DNA from: a virus
Taxonomy: Duplodnaviria > Caudoviricetes
IMG/VR virus record: IMGVR_UViG_3300045747_000505
DNA length: 64,000 nucleotides
Direction: 5' to 3' (one strand)
Shown here: positions 18,247-27,634 of the stretch, one piece after another
How the letters are laid out: the number at the start of each line of letters is the position of its first letter
Position numbering within the stretch: the first letter of the stretch is position 1
Position numbers and translations under genes: made by a program
Notes under the pieces: generated by a model
The model's database searches: none
The model's input: only the letters and a program-made list of their open reading frames with translations
What the model was told of the DNA's origin: nothing

Positions 18247-18630
18247 ATGGCACGCTCCAATCTCACCGTCGCGCAGAAGGTCGTTGTCGTGGCGGCGATC
18301 GTCACGGTGTTTCTCACGCTGTTCGGCTGGTTCGTTCTTTGGTGGGATGGTATCTTCACCGGACTGAACCACTTCGGTCTGCCGTGGTGGGCAGCGCTGC
18401 TCTGTCTCATCGTGCTCTTTGTTCTGCTACCACGCCTCACAAGCTTCTGTTGCATGCTGCTTGGCGTCTGGACCGCCTACGTCCTTTGGGACTGGTGGTT
18501 CATCTTCGCGGTCTCGCTCTACATGCCAACCATCGCGACCTTCATTAAAGGTCTCGTCTTCAGTCTCATTGTCGCAGTCTTTGAAGTACTGCTAACCGTC
18601 GTGACCATCGTCTTTGGAAACAAATCATGA
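18247..18630 (+). CDS. Multi-pass membrane protein
   Basis: 3-4 hydrophobic segments. Confidence 0.7.
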   Translation: MARSNLTVAQKVVVVAAIVTVFLTLFGWFVLWWDGIFTGLNHFGLPWWAALLCLIVLFVLLPRLTSFCCMLLGVWTAYVLWDWWFIFAVSLYMPTIATFIKGLVFSLIVAVFEVLLTVVTIVFGNKS

Positions 18631-19766
18631 TCAATCAACTGCTTCTCTGGTTCGCGCTGCTGCCGATCGGGCTTGGCGTCGCCATCTGGTACTTCCTGCG
18701 TGGGCAAGACACTCGCTACACCGGACCACGCTCGATCTACTTCGGCGCCGCCTTCGCCTTCGTCGGCGTGCTGATCTCGGCTGGAGCCTTCTACGGCTCG
18801 AGCGCCGCAGCCACTGCCGACACTGAAATCTGGAACGGGCAGGTCACCGGTAAGGACCGTGAGCACGGCACCTACGAGCAGCCGTACTCGTGCAACTGTC
18901 GAACCGTGACGACCGGGTCCGGCAACAATCAAACGTCCACGACCGTGTGCGACACCTGCTATGAGACGCACTACACCGTCAAGTGGACGTGCAACTCCAC
19001 CATCGGCGGCTTCACCATCGATAGCAAGGACTCGACGTCGAGCAGCGTCTATCGCTCAGCGGACCCGAGCTTCTACGTGCAAGCGCAGCCCGGCGACCCG
19101 GCAGCCAAGACGCACACGTACACCAACTACGTGCAAGCCGTGCCTGAGAGCCTGTTCAAGCCGTCGCCAGCAGCCCTCAAGGCGAAGTTCGCAGGGCTCG
19201 TCCCGGCCTATCCGGATCAGATCTTCAACTTCTACAACATCAATCGCTTTCTGACGCCGGGCTACTCGACCCCTGACGCAGCGGCTTGGAACCGTGACAT
19301 CAGTCTGATGCTGCGCGAGCTCGGTCCCAAGAAGCAAGTCAACCTCATCGTGGTCGTCGCCAAGACGGCGGACATGGACTATGAGTACGCTCTGCGAGAT
19401 GCGTGGGAAGGCGTCAACAAGAACGACGTCGTCGTCCTCATCGGCAGCGCAGCGTGGCCCAAGATCGACTACGTTCGAGTGCTGAGCTGGACTAAGAAGG
19501 AGATCTTCAAGATCGAGCTGCGCGATTCAATTCAAGCTCTCAACACGATTCAGCGCGAACCCATTCTGAACCTGATCAGCGCACAGATCAACAAGAACTT
19601 CGAACGGCGCCACATGAGCGAGTTCAAGTACCTCGAAGCCGAGATCGATCCTCCGACGTGGCTGCTGATTCTGCTAGCGGTCAGCCTGATCCTCTCAGCC
19701 GGTGGTATCGCTGCTGCCGAGCTCGGAATGTTCGCCAAGAAGAAGTCTAGGTTCGGACGCTACTGA
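18627..19766 (+). CDS. Membrane protein with Cys-containing periplasmic domain
   Basis: Two N-terminal TMs, CNC...CDTC motif, C-terminal TM. Confidence 0.8.
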   Translation: MINQLLLWFALLPIGLGVAIWYFLRGQDTRYTGPRSIYFGAAFAFVGVLISAGAFYGSSAAATADTEIWNGQVTGKDREHGTYEQPYSCNCRTVTTGSGNNQTSTTVCDTCYETHYTVKWTCNSTIGGFTIDSKDSTSSSVYRSADPSFYVQAQPGDPAAKTHTYTNYVQAVPESLFKPSPAALKAKFAGLVPAYPDQIFNFYNINRFLTPGYSTPDAAAWNRDISLMLRELGPKKQVNLIVVVAKTADMDYEYALRDAWEGVNKNDVVVLIGSAAWPKIDYVRVLSWTKKEIFKIELRDSIQALNTIQREPILNLISAQINKNFERRHMSEFKYLEAEIDPPTWLLILLAVSLILSAGGIAAAELGMFAKKKSRFGRY

Positions 19767-19849
19767 ACCTGAAAAGAGCGAACCTGAGGGTTCGCTTACC
19801 AACTATAATCGCATCTGTTCTATCAACCCTCCACACCACCGGAGTCCAA

Positions 19850-20413
19850 ATGAAAGCTTCCAACGTCATCGTCATCGCCACCGTCGGTGCCATCGCTCTC
19901 GTCGGCATCGCCACCTACGTCTCCAACGCGAACCTCGGCAATCGCCTCGAGGTCTCCATCAAGGCCAAGTACGCCGACAACGAGAACGTCTACGCGCAAG
20001 GCACGCAGAAGGTCATCGAGATCGCGCAAGTGCCCGAGATGTACCGTGATGACGTCAGCAAGGTCACCCGCGACGCCATCGGCGGCCGCTACGGTGAAGG
20101 CGGCTCGAAGGCCGTTTTCCAGATGCTGCGTGAGCAGAACCCGCAGCTCGACGCCAGCATGTACAAAGCCATTCAACAGGCCATCGAAGCGTTCCGCAAC
20201 GAGTTCAGGAACTCGCAGACCGAGCTGCTCGACAAGTGCCGCAACTACGAGACGCTGCGCGGCAACGTGTGGTCTGGCATGTGGCTGAGCATCGCCGGCT
20301 ACCCGAAGCAGGACATCAACAAGATGTGCACCATCGTGTCGACCGCCAAGGCCGCCGCGACCTTCGAGTCCAAGCGCGACACCGGCATCACCCTTCGTCC
20401 GGCCCCGAAGTGA
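19850..20413 (+). CDS. LemA-like membrane-anchored helical protein
   Basis: N-terminal TM then long amphipathic helices; CCGGAG RBS. Confidence 0.55.
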   Translation: MKASNVIVIATVGAIALVGIATYVSNANLGNRLEVSIKAKYADNENVYAQGTQKVIEIAQVPEMYRDDVSKVTRDAIGGRYGEGGSKAVFQMLREQNPQLDASMYKAIQQAIEAFRNEFRNSQTELLDKCRNYETLRGNVWSGMWLSIAGYPKQDINKMCTIVSTAKAAATFESKRDTGITLRPAPK

Positions 20414-20511
20414 GCAAGCAGCAGGGCTCGACCCTGCTCGACCTGGTCATCTGGGTTGTGCTCGGTCTGATTCTCTACCTCGCGATCATCGAGCCAACCC
20501 TTCACCCCTAA
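20410..20511 (+). CDS. 33-aa prepilin-like peptide
   Basis: MSKQQG/STLLDLVIWVVLGLILYLAII resembles the type IV prepilin motif KxxG/FTLIE; GTGA overlap. Confidence 0.5.
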   Translation: MSKQQGSTLLDLVIWVVLGLILYLAIIEPTLHP

Positions 20512-20523
20512 GGACATCATCAC

Positions 20524-21171
20524 ATGTGGTCATCAATCAAAGGCGCCATCTTCGAAGCCGATCCGGCCGAAGCCACCAAGGCAGCGCCCGCACCGGCTGG
20601 ACAAGCCAAGCCAGCCATCACTGGCGCTCCCATCGCCATCTCGGCCGGCGTCAATCAAGACATGGTCGGCGCGATCAAGAAGGTCACGCTCTCTCGCAAC
20701 TCGGCCTACACTCGCCTGCTTCAAGCAGCCGAAGCGCTGGCTGACGTCATTCCCGACGCCGTGATGCGCCTCAAGGCCGCGCACAAGACCGGCGGTGCTG
20801 GCGCCACTGGGCAGCAGATCGGTGCCGCAGTCGACATTCACCTGCAGGACGTCGATGCCGAGGTTGGTCGCTTCAAGGCCAGCGTCGAGGGCAAGATCAA
20901 GTCCGAGGTCGGTCAGCTCGAGAACGAAGTGCAGATGGCTGCCGCAGGCATCACGACTGCCAACTCGCAGATCGAAGCCGCACGCAAGCGCATCATCGAG
21001 CTCGAAGACGCCATTCGCGACCTCAACGCCAAGGGCGCCGCAGCGCAAGCCAGCGCGCTCACAACCCGCGCTCAGTACGAGAACGCGATCAACGAGTTCA
21101 CCACGGCCGCTGCCACAGTTCGCGATGAGCTGAACGCCAGCAAGGCCGCCATTCTTTCCACCCTCAAGTAA
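20524..21171 (+). CDS. Coiled-coil protein
   Basis: AAGGA RBS; Ala-rich heptads. Confidence 0.8.
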   Translation: MWSSIKGAIFEADPAEATKAAPAPAGQAKPAITGAPIAISAGVNQDMVGAIKKVTLSRNSAYTRLLQAAEALADVIPDAVMRLKAAHKTGGAGATGQQIGAAVDIHLQDVDAEVGRFKASVEGKIKSEVGQLENEVQMAAAGITTANSQIEAARKRIIELEDAIRDLNAKGAAAQASALTTRAQYENAINEFTTAAATVRDELNASKAAILSTLK

Positions 21172-21183
21172 GGACAATCCACC

Positions 21184-22209
21184 GTGTCAGACCTCAATCA
21201 AAAGATGAAGTCCTTCTGGGAACGCCCAGAAGGCAACACCGGCATGATCGTGCTGGCGCTTGGCGCCGCCGGTCTCTGGTTCGCCAAGGACGCGCTGCTC
21301 AGCGGCGTGACCACGCTGCGCTCGCTCGTCAACGAGACGATCTTCCTCACCATCAGCGGCGTGGCTCTGTTCCTGCTGCTCAACATCATCTTCAACCCGC
21401 GGGTGCAGAACCTCGTCACCTACGGCTTCAAGTCGATCATGCGCCTGATCACGCAGGCCTTCGTCGAGATCGATCCGATCGGCATCATGAGGTCCTACGT
21501 CGATCGCATGAAGGACAAGCGCGAGGTCATGAGCACGCTGCGTGACAAGTTGAAGGGTCAGCTCCGAATCATCGAGCAGAAGATCAAGGACAACTCGACT
21601 GGCTACGACAACGCCATGCGCATGGTCAAGGTCGCCAAGGAGCAGGGCAAGACCGCAGCGCTGACCGTGCAGTCCCGTCAAGCTGGCCGGCTCGAGAAGC
21701 TGAACGCCGAGACCTATCTGCCCCTCAGGGCTCAGATGGAAGCGCACCTTCGTGCCGCCAACAAGTACCATGAGGTGACCGGCATCGTCATCGAGGACCT
21801 GGAGAACGAGGTCACCGCTCAGTCTGATCGTCGCAAGATGATGACCGCCTCCTACGGTGTGATGAAGGCTGCCAAGTCGATCATGTCCAGCGGCGGCACC
21901 GAGCGCGAGCTGTTCGACCAAGCCATGGAGTACGTGGTCGAGGACTACGGCATGAAGCTCGGCGAGATCGAGCAGTTCATCGAGAACTCGCAGCCCTTCG
22001 TCGACGGTCTCGACATGCAGAACGGCATGTACGAAGCCTCGGCCCTCGAACGTCTTCAGGCCTGGGAAGCCAAGGCCGATGGCATTCTGCTCTCGCCGAA
22101 GGACAAGCAGCAGCTGCAGCTCGAGAACGCTCCGACCGCAGCGACCTTCAACTTCGCCATCGGCAACCCGGCAGCCGTCGACTACGACGCGCTCATTCGC
22201 AAGCAGTAA
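21184..22209 (+). CDS. Membrane-anchored long coiled-coil protein (PspA/IM30-like)
   Basis: Two N-terminal TMs then extended coiled coil; IDPIGIM segment. Confidence 0.7.
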   Translation: MSDLNQKMKSFWERPEGNTGMIVLALGAAGLWFAKDALLSGVTTLRSLVNETIFLTISGVALFLLLNIIFNPRVQNLVTYGFKSIMRLITQAFVEIDPIGIMRSYVDRMKDKREVMSTLRDKLKGQLRIIEQKIKDNSTGYDNAMRMVKVAKEQGKTAALTVQSRQAGRLEKLNAETYLPLRAQMEAHLRAANKYHEVTGIVIEDLENEVTAQSDRRKMMTASYGVMKAAKSIMSSGGTERELFDQAMEYVVEDYGMKLGEIEQFIENSQPFVDGLDMQNGMYEASALERLQAWEAKADGILLSPKDKQQLQLENAPTAATFNFAIGNPAAVDYDALIRKQ

Positions 22210-22219
22210 CACGGTGGAA

Positions 22220-22272
22220 CCAACGGCTACGGCCGTTGGAGTGGCGGGGACGAGATCGAAAGGTCTCGTCCC
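22220..22272 (+). terminator. Two tandem hairpins (UACG- and GAAA-capped)
   Basis: CCAACGGC-TACG-GCCGTTGG; GGGACGAGATC-GAAA-GGTCTCGTCCC. Confidence 0.6.
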
Positions 22273-22385
22273 TTGTTGCGTTGTGAACCTAGAACAAGTC
22301 AACACAACTTTTCGCCTTCAAGCTATAATGTCTTCACGCTCTTCAAGAGCGAGCTGACCATCTCAACCGCAACTCAAGGAAACAA

Positions 22386-24080
22386 ATGCTGTCACGTATG
22401 AAACCCCTCCCGAAGGCCATTCTGCTCGCGCTCGTCGTGGGTGGTGCCGTCTTCGCCTACAAGCAATTCGCTGGTGACTACTTCAAGCCGAAGGCTGAGG
22501 TCGCCGTGGCCGTGCCCGACAAGATCGATCTGCCGACCGCCGTCGCTGGTGCTGCAACCTCGACCACGATCGGCGCCACGCCGGTGACGAGCGCCGAACC
22601 GATTCGCGCTGACATTCTGGCGTGGAACGCTCAGATGGGCCTGCCCTACGCCAATGGTGGTGTCACGACCGCCGCTGGCTCGCTGATGGCCAAGCGCGGT
22701 CTGACCGTGACGCTCACGCGTCAGGACATGTACGACCAGATGCAATCCAACCTGGCCGCCTACGCCAAGGACCCGAAGACCGGCACGCAGATCGCCGTGA
22801 TCATGGGCGACGGCTATCCGGCCTTCGCCATCGGTGCGAACACCGCGCTGAAGCCGTTCAATCAGAACGTCGTCGTCATCGGCTCGCTCGGCTACAGCCG
22901 TGGTGAGGACAAGTGCGTGGTCGACGACAAGCTGTCGAGCTTGCGTGGTGCCGTTGTCGCTGGCGTGCTCGGCGATGGTGACATCAACATCTGCATCAAG
23001 AAGGCTGCCGACGACGGCATTGCCGTGAACTCCAACCCGAAGACCTACGACCCGGCCGCGCTCAACTTCGTCGGCACCAAGGACTTCGTCGAAGCCGACG
23101 AGAAGTTCATCGCTGGCTACTGTGAAGACCGCAAGAACACCGTCACCGGCAAGTCTGGCAACGTGTGCGTGAACGGCTCGGCCACGTGGACGCCTGGCGA
23201 CGTGAAGCTCGCGACCAAGCGTGGTCACATCAAGGTCATGGCCTCCACGAAGGAATACGCTTGGCAGATGCCGGCGACGATCATCGCCAACAAGCAGTGG
23301 GCAGCCGCTCACGCTGATCAGGTCAAGGCGTTCCTCGCCGCGGCCCTCGAAGGTGGTGAGATCGTTCGCAGCAACCCCGCCGAGCTGCTCAAGGGTGCTG
23401 CAGTCAGTGCCGCCGTGTACAAGGAAGAAGCCGCAGCCTACTGGGCGAAGTACTACACCGGCGTCGTCGAGATGGACAAGACTGGCAACCAGATCTTCCT
23501 CGGTGGTTCGACCTCCAGCGGTCTGGCTGACAATGCGTTCCTCTTCGGTCTGAACGGCAACGACAACCTGTACAAGAAGGTCTACACGGTCTATGGCAAC
23601 ATCGCCGTCAAGTACTTCCCCGACGTGATGCCTGGTGGTCTGCGTGACTACGACTCAGTCGTCGACACGAGCTACCTGCAAGCGCTGCTCGGTGCCTCCA
23701 CGGCTCTGGCTGCTCCGCAGACTCCGTCGTTCGGTGGTCAGACGACTGGCACCTTCGCCGCTCGGACCTACGCCATCGAGTTCGACACTGGCAAGGCGAC
23801 CTTCACGCCGAAGACCGTGGCCGTGCTCAACACCGTGCTGGACAACGCTGCGGTCACCGCGCTGAACGTCCAGATCAATGGTCACACCGACTCGGTCGGC
23901 GACCCGACCAGCAATCTGGCCCTGTCCAAGGCTCGTGCCGAGGCCGTCAAGAACTTCCTGATGACCAACGCTCCGAAGAACTTCCCGGCAGAGCGCGTCA
24001 CGACCCGTGGCTTCGGCGACACGATGCCGATCGGCACCAACGCTCAGAACCGCCGCGTTGAAATCGTCTTCCTCAAGTAA
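22386..24080 (+). CDS. ABC-type substrate-binding domain fused to C-terminal OmpA-like peptidoglycan-binding domain
   Basis: N-terminal anchor; periplasmic binding-protein-like core; IEFDTGKA...GHTDSVG...LSKARAEAVK...GFGDT...NRRVEI. Confidence 0.88.
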   Translation: MLSRMKPLPKAILLALVVGGAVFAYKQFAGDYFKPKAEVAVAVPDKIDLPTAVAGAATSTTIGATPVTSAEPIRADILAWNAQMGLPYANGGVTTAAGSLMAKRGLTVTLTRQDMYDQMQSNLAAYAKDPKTGTQIAVIMGDGYPAFAIGANTALKPFNQNVVVIGSLGYSRGEDKCVVDDKLSSLRGAVVAGVLGDGDINICIKKAADDGIAVNSNPKTYDPAALNFVGTKDFVEADEKFIAGYCEDRKNTVTGKSGNVCVNGSATWTPGDVKLATKRGHIKVMASTKEYAWQMPATIIANKQWAAAHADQVKAFLAAALEGGEIVRSNPAELLKGAAVSAAVYKEEAAAYWAKYYTGVVEMDKTGNQIFLGGSTSSGLADNAFLFGLNGNDNLYKKVYTVYGNIAVKYFPDVMPGGLRDYDSVVDTSYLQALLGASTALAAPQTPSFGGQTTGTFAARTYAIEFDTGKATFTPKTVAVLNTVLDNAAVTALNVQINGHTDSVGDPTSNLALSKARAEAVKNFLMTNAPKNFPAERVTTRGFGDTMPIGTNAQNRRVEIVFLK

Positions 24081-24090
24081 GACGTGACAC

Positions 24091-24115
24091 GAGGCAGCGC
24101 AAGCTGCCTCCTTTC
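24091..24115 (+). terminator. Intrinsic terminator-like hairpin
   Basis: GAGGCAGC-GCAA-GCTGCCTC followed by CTTTC. Confidence 0.55.
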
Positions 24116-24152
24116 AAAAGAACCTGCTCAGGTTCTTCTAAAAGGAGCTCCA

Positions 24153-24320
24153 ATGTTCACGCTCATGATCATCTACTCAGCATCGACGCAAGGTGCTATG
24201 ACCAGTCAGCTGAAGGACTTCGCCACCAAGGATGAAGCTGATGCGGTGGCTGCTAGCCTCAGAGAGCGAGCCAACCAAATCGCCGGCTACCTCACGATCA
24301 TCAAGCTCTACGAAGTATGA
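24153..24320 (+). CDS. Small hypothetical protein
   Basis: AAGGAG RBS. Confidence 0.6.
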   Translation: MFTLMIIYSASTQGAMTSQLKDFATKDEADAVAASLRERANQIAGYLTIIKLYEV

Positions 24321-25090
24321 GCTCACTCTTCACGCCATTCAGTCTGGGGCGGCGCTTCAGCGTCAAGTTCCTTGCGGCCGGTCAGCTAGTCATTCTACTT
24401 GCTCTCTGGTTCGTCGCCCCAGCCTCTTCAGGCATTCCAAACCCGCTCGACATCGCGAGCTCTTGGAATGACCTTGCTCTGCACAGCGGGCTGCTCGTCG
24501 AGCTCGGCAACTCGGCGCTCGTCATCGCCGAAGCCATCGTGCTGTCGACGGTCATTGCGCTGACGCTCGCCTACCTCGGCACCGCAGACATCTTCAAGGC
24601 CGCTGGCTCGCTCACATCAGCACTTCGCTTTCTCGGCTTCGCTGGTCTCACGTATCTCTTCACGCTGTGGACTAGCAACGGTCATCAGCTCAAGCTCTCG
24701 CTGCTGACCTTTGGCATGACGGTCTTTCTGGCTCGCTCGGCCATTGACATCGTCAACTCCATTCAGCCGAGTGAGGTCGACTACGGTCGCAGCCTCGGGC
24801 TCAGCGGTTGGGGTCTGACTTGGGAGCTGGCCGTTCGTGGTCGTCTGCACGACATGCTCGACCTCATTCGTCAGAACGCTGCGGTTGGTTGGACGCTGCT
24901 CGCCATGGTCGAGGGCATCACTCGCAGTCAAGGTGGCATCGGTGGCATGCTCCTCAATCAGAACAAGGCCTTCAACCTCTCGGCCGTCTTCGCCATTCAA
25001 CTGACCATTCTTGCCTACGGCATTCTTCAAGACGTGGCGCTGGCCTACGCTCGCACCGTTGTCTGCCCATACCTCAACACTCACAAGTAA
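24317..25090 (+). CDS. ABC transporter permease (TauC/SsuC/NitT type)
   Basis: About 6 TMs; EAA-like loop EVDYGRSLGLSGW; GGIGGML. Confidence 0.88.
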   Translation: MSSLFTPFSLGRRFSVKFLAAGQLVILLALWFVAPASSGIPNPLDIASSWNDLALHSGLLVELGNSALVIAEAIVLSTVIALTLAYLGTADIFKAAGSLTSALRFLGFAGLTYLFTLWTSNGHQLKLSLLTFGMTVFLARSAIDIVNSIQPSEVDYGRSLGLSGWGLTWELAVRGRLHDMLDLIRQNAAVGWTLLAMVEGITRSQGGIGGMLLNQNKAFNLSAVFAIQLTILAYGILQDVALAYARTVVCPYLNTHK

Positions 25091-25098
25091 GGACCGCC

Positions 25099-25470
25099 AT
25101 GTTCCCAGACGACGCATTTGAATACGCCCAGGTCGCCGCCAAGACCATTCCCGCCGCCAAGTCAATCAACGAACCCTACTCGCCAGCCGACGCCGCAGCG
25201 GCCAAGACATCGGCCATTCCGCCGGTGGTGTTCGCCGTCATCAACGAGCTGCTCGCCACGCACGTCTCCAATGGTCGTGCGACCTTCAAGCAGTCCGACA
25301 TCATCGAGGGCGTCAGAACTCGCACGGGGGAGCCCTTTCAGCACCAGTGGTTGTCGTTCGCAGATGTCTATAAGGCGCGGGGCTGGCACGTCTCCAGCGA
25401 CGTTCCTGGTTACAACGAGAGCTATCCGGCGCTGTACACGTTCTCCGACGCTTCACGCTGGGCATCGTAA
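25099..25470 (+). CDS. Hypothetical protein
   Basis: AAGGA RBS; similar style to the next ORF (ends with YTF). Confidence 0.7.
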   Translation: MFPDDAFEYAQVAAKTIPAAKSINEPYSPADAAAAKTSAIPPVVFAVINELLATHVSNGRATFKQSDIIEGVRTRTGEPFQHQWLSFADVYKARGWHVSSDVPGYNESYPALYTFSDASRWAS

Positions 25471-25557
25471 CGCTTGAACCTAGGTTTGGCGAACCTAAGC
25501 AGGCGACGGTGGAGTATGATGGCACTACCAACTCCACTTCACCGTCGAAAGCACACC

Positions 25558-25881
25558 ATGGCAGTCAAGCCCCTTTCACCTGCTGAAATCGTCGCCAAGC
25601 GCGTCGCCGCCATTCCCGACGGCATCATCACCGAGCTCAACGAGTTCCTTGTTCAGGCGTACAAGCCTGGCCAGTCAGTCGCGATTCACTTCGGCTTGCT
25701 GAACAAGTGGCTGACCGCCGAGAACATGCACAATGGGCAGTCCGCCATGCGCGAGACCATCGTCGACCTGTTCCGCGACGCGTGGATCGTCACCGAGCGC
25801 ATCGCCGACGCGAACGAGGACTTCGAGCCGTACTACACCTTCGCCGCGCCGACCCCGCATCGCAACGCCGAGCGGGACTAA
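25558..25881 (+). CDS. Hypothetical protein, probable distant paralog of 25099-25470
   Basis: IPxxIxxxxNExL and YTF shared with the previous ORF. Confidence 0.65.
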   Translation: MAVKPLSPAEIVAKRVAAIPDGIITELNEFLVQAYKPGQSVAIHFGLLNKWLTAENMHNGQSAMRETIVDLFRDAWIVTERIADANEDFEPYYTFAAPTPHRNAERD

Positions 25882-25884
25882 GCG

Positions 25885-26679
25885 ATGCCGCGCACGTACG
25901 CTCGTGCCGAGCGCCTGCTGACCATCGACAAGCTGGACATTCGCTACGGCGCGAAGATCGTGCTGCGCGATGTCAATCTGCACGTCGACAACATCACGCG
26001 CGTCGGCCTCAGTCAAGGTCAGTGCGTCGCGCTGCTCGGCCCGTCGGGCATCGGCAAGACGCAGCTGTTCCGAGCCATCGCTGGCCTTCAACCACCGACT
26101 CAAGGGTCAGTGACGCTGGCCGACGGCAAGCCGGTGATCGCTGGTCAGATCGGCGTTGTGCAGCAAGCCTATCCGCTGCTCGCCCATCGCACGGTCATGG
26201 GCAACCTTCGTCTCGCCGCCGACAAGCACGGCACGCCGCTGGACCAGATCAACCACTACCTCGAGTACTTCGAGCTGGCGGACAAGGTCGACAGCTACCC
26301 GTCGCAGCTCAGCGGTGGTCAACGGCAGCGCATCGCCATCATTCAACAGCTCGTGTGCTCCAATCACATTCTGCTGATGGACGAACCGTTCAGCGGTCTC
26401 GACCCCATCGCCAAGGGCAAGGTCTACGACACCATCACGAAGGTCACCACCGAGCACGAGCTCAACACGGTCATCTTCACCACCCATGACATTGGCTCGG
26501 CCGTTCGGCTGGCCGACGAGCTCTGGGTGCTTGGTCGCCAGCCTGGTCTGCTTGGCGCCACGGTGGTCAAGCGCATTGACCTCATCGCCGCTGGTCTCGC
26601 TTGGGACAAGGGCATCAATCACAACCCGAAGTTCTGGCCGATGGTCAATGAGCTTCACGACCTCTTCAAAACACTATGA
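25885..26679 (+). CDS. ABC transporter ATP-binding protein (TauB/SsuB type)
   Basis: Walker A GPSGIGKT, signature LSGGQ, Walker B LLMDEPF, H-loop TTHD. Confidence 0.95.
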   Translation: MPRTYARAERLLTIDKLDIRYGAKIVLRDVNLHVDNITRVGLSQGQCVALLGPSGIGKTQLFRAIAGLQPPTQGSVTLADGKPVIAGQIGVVQQAYPLLAHRTVMGNLRLAADKHGTPLDQINHYLEYFELADKVDSYPSQLSGGQRQRIAIIQQLVCSNHILLMDEPFSGLDPIAKGKVYDTITKVTTEHELNTVIFTTHDIGSAVRLADELWVLGRQPGLLGATVVKRIDLIAAGLAWDKGINHNPKFWPMVNELHDLFKTL

Positions 26680-27047
26680 CCACCTACGTCATCAAGTACA
26701 AGGATTCGCCAGGCGGTCCAGCCGGTGGCCCGATCAACGTCTACAACCTTGGCAGCGGCTTCGAAGCCACGCTCGAGGAGGCGACGCAGTACACGAACTG
26801 GCACGAGGCCAAGGAGAAGTGCGGCGAGCTCTGCGGCGTCGAGGGCGTCTACGAGTACGAGGTCGAGCTCTCGCGCCTCAAGCTCTCGCAACCGCAGCCG
26901 AACTTCATCACGCGCGAGCAGCTCATCGGCGCCATTCAAGAAGCGACCGACGTCTACAGCTACTACGATGATGAGGGCCACGTCACTCGAACCGTCACGT
27001 ACGTCGACGCGAACCTCCTCATCAAGGCCATTCAGGAGTTGTCATGA
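26676..27047 (+). CDS. Hypothetical protein
   Basis: ATGA-coupled ORF. Confidence 0.6.
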   Translation: MTTYVIKYKDSPGGPAGGPINVYNLGSGFEATLEEATQYTNWHEAKEKCGELCGVEGVYEYEVELSRLKLSQPQPNFITREQLIGAIQEATDVYSYYDDEGHVTRTVTYVDANLLIKAIQELS

Positions 27048-27271
27048 ACCTCTTCGACCTCTTTGAAGAACTGTGGCCTGGCGAACCGCTTGATGCCTAT
27101 GATGAGCTGCTGTGGCTCACGCCCTACCCATGCGCTGACGTCGCCACCATCGAGCAGCGACTGCGTGAGTTTCGTGCTGCCAACGGCCCGGTCATCGCCA
27201 AAGCCATCAATGTCGGCTACGCTGCGCTGCCAACCAGCATTCATCCCGAACCTAAAAACGACCCGACCTGA
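27044..27271 (+). CDS. Hypothetical protein
   Basis: AGGAG RBS, ATGA overlap. Confidence 0.55.
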   Translation: MNLFDLFEELWPGEPLDAYDELLWLTPYPCADVATIEQRLREFRAANGPVIAKAINVGYAALPTSIHPEPKNDPT

Positions 27272-27332
27272 ACCGAAGGTTTGGTTGTACAATGGCTTCA
27301 CCATCCACCCATTCCACCTACCGGAGTTCCAC

Positions 27333-27629
27333 ATGTCCTTTTCCCGTATGAAGCCCCTGCCGAAAGCCCTTCTGCTCGCCGTCCTCGTCGGCGGTGCCGT
27401 CTTCGCCTACAAGACCTTCGTTCCCTCCACGCCCAAGGCCGTCGAGCCTCCGCCGGTCGCTGCCGTTCAAGTGCCGGCCGAAGTGCCCGTCGCCGCACAG
27501 GTCCCTGTCGCCACCGTGCGCAGCACCTCCACCCCTGTCGCTGAACCGCCTGCCGCTCAGGCTCCGGCTCTCACGCCCGCCCCGACCAACGCCGGTCTGG
27601 ACGCCCTCCTCGGCACTGGCAAGAAGTGA
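27333..27629 (+). CDS. 98-aa membrane-anchored Pro/Ala-rich protein sharing its N-terminus with the SBP-OmpA protein
   Basis: SRMKPLPKALLLAVLVGGAVFAYK vs SRMKPLPKAILLALVVGGAVFAYK. Confidence 0.75.
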   Translation: MSFSRMKPLPKALLLAVLVGGAVFAYKTFVPSTPKAVEPPPVAAVQVPAEVPVAAQVPVATVRSTSTPVAEPPAAQAPALTPAPTNAGLDALLGTGKK

Positions 27630-27634
27630 ACACC

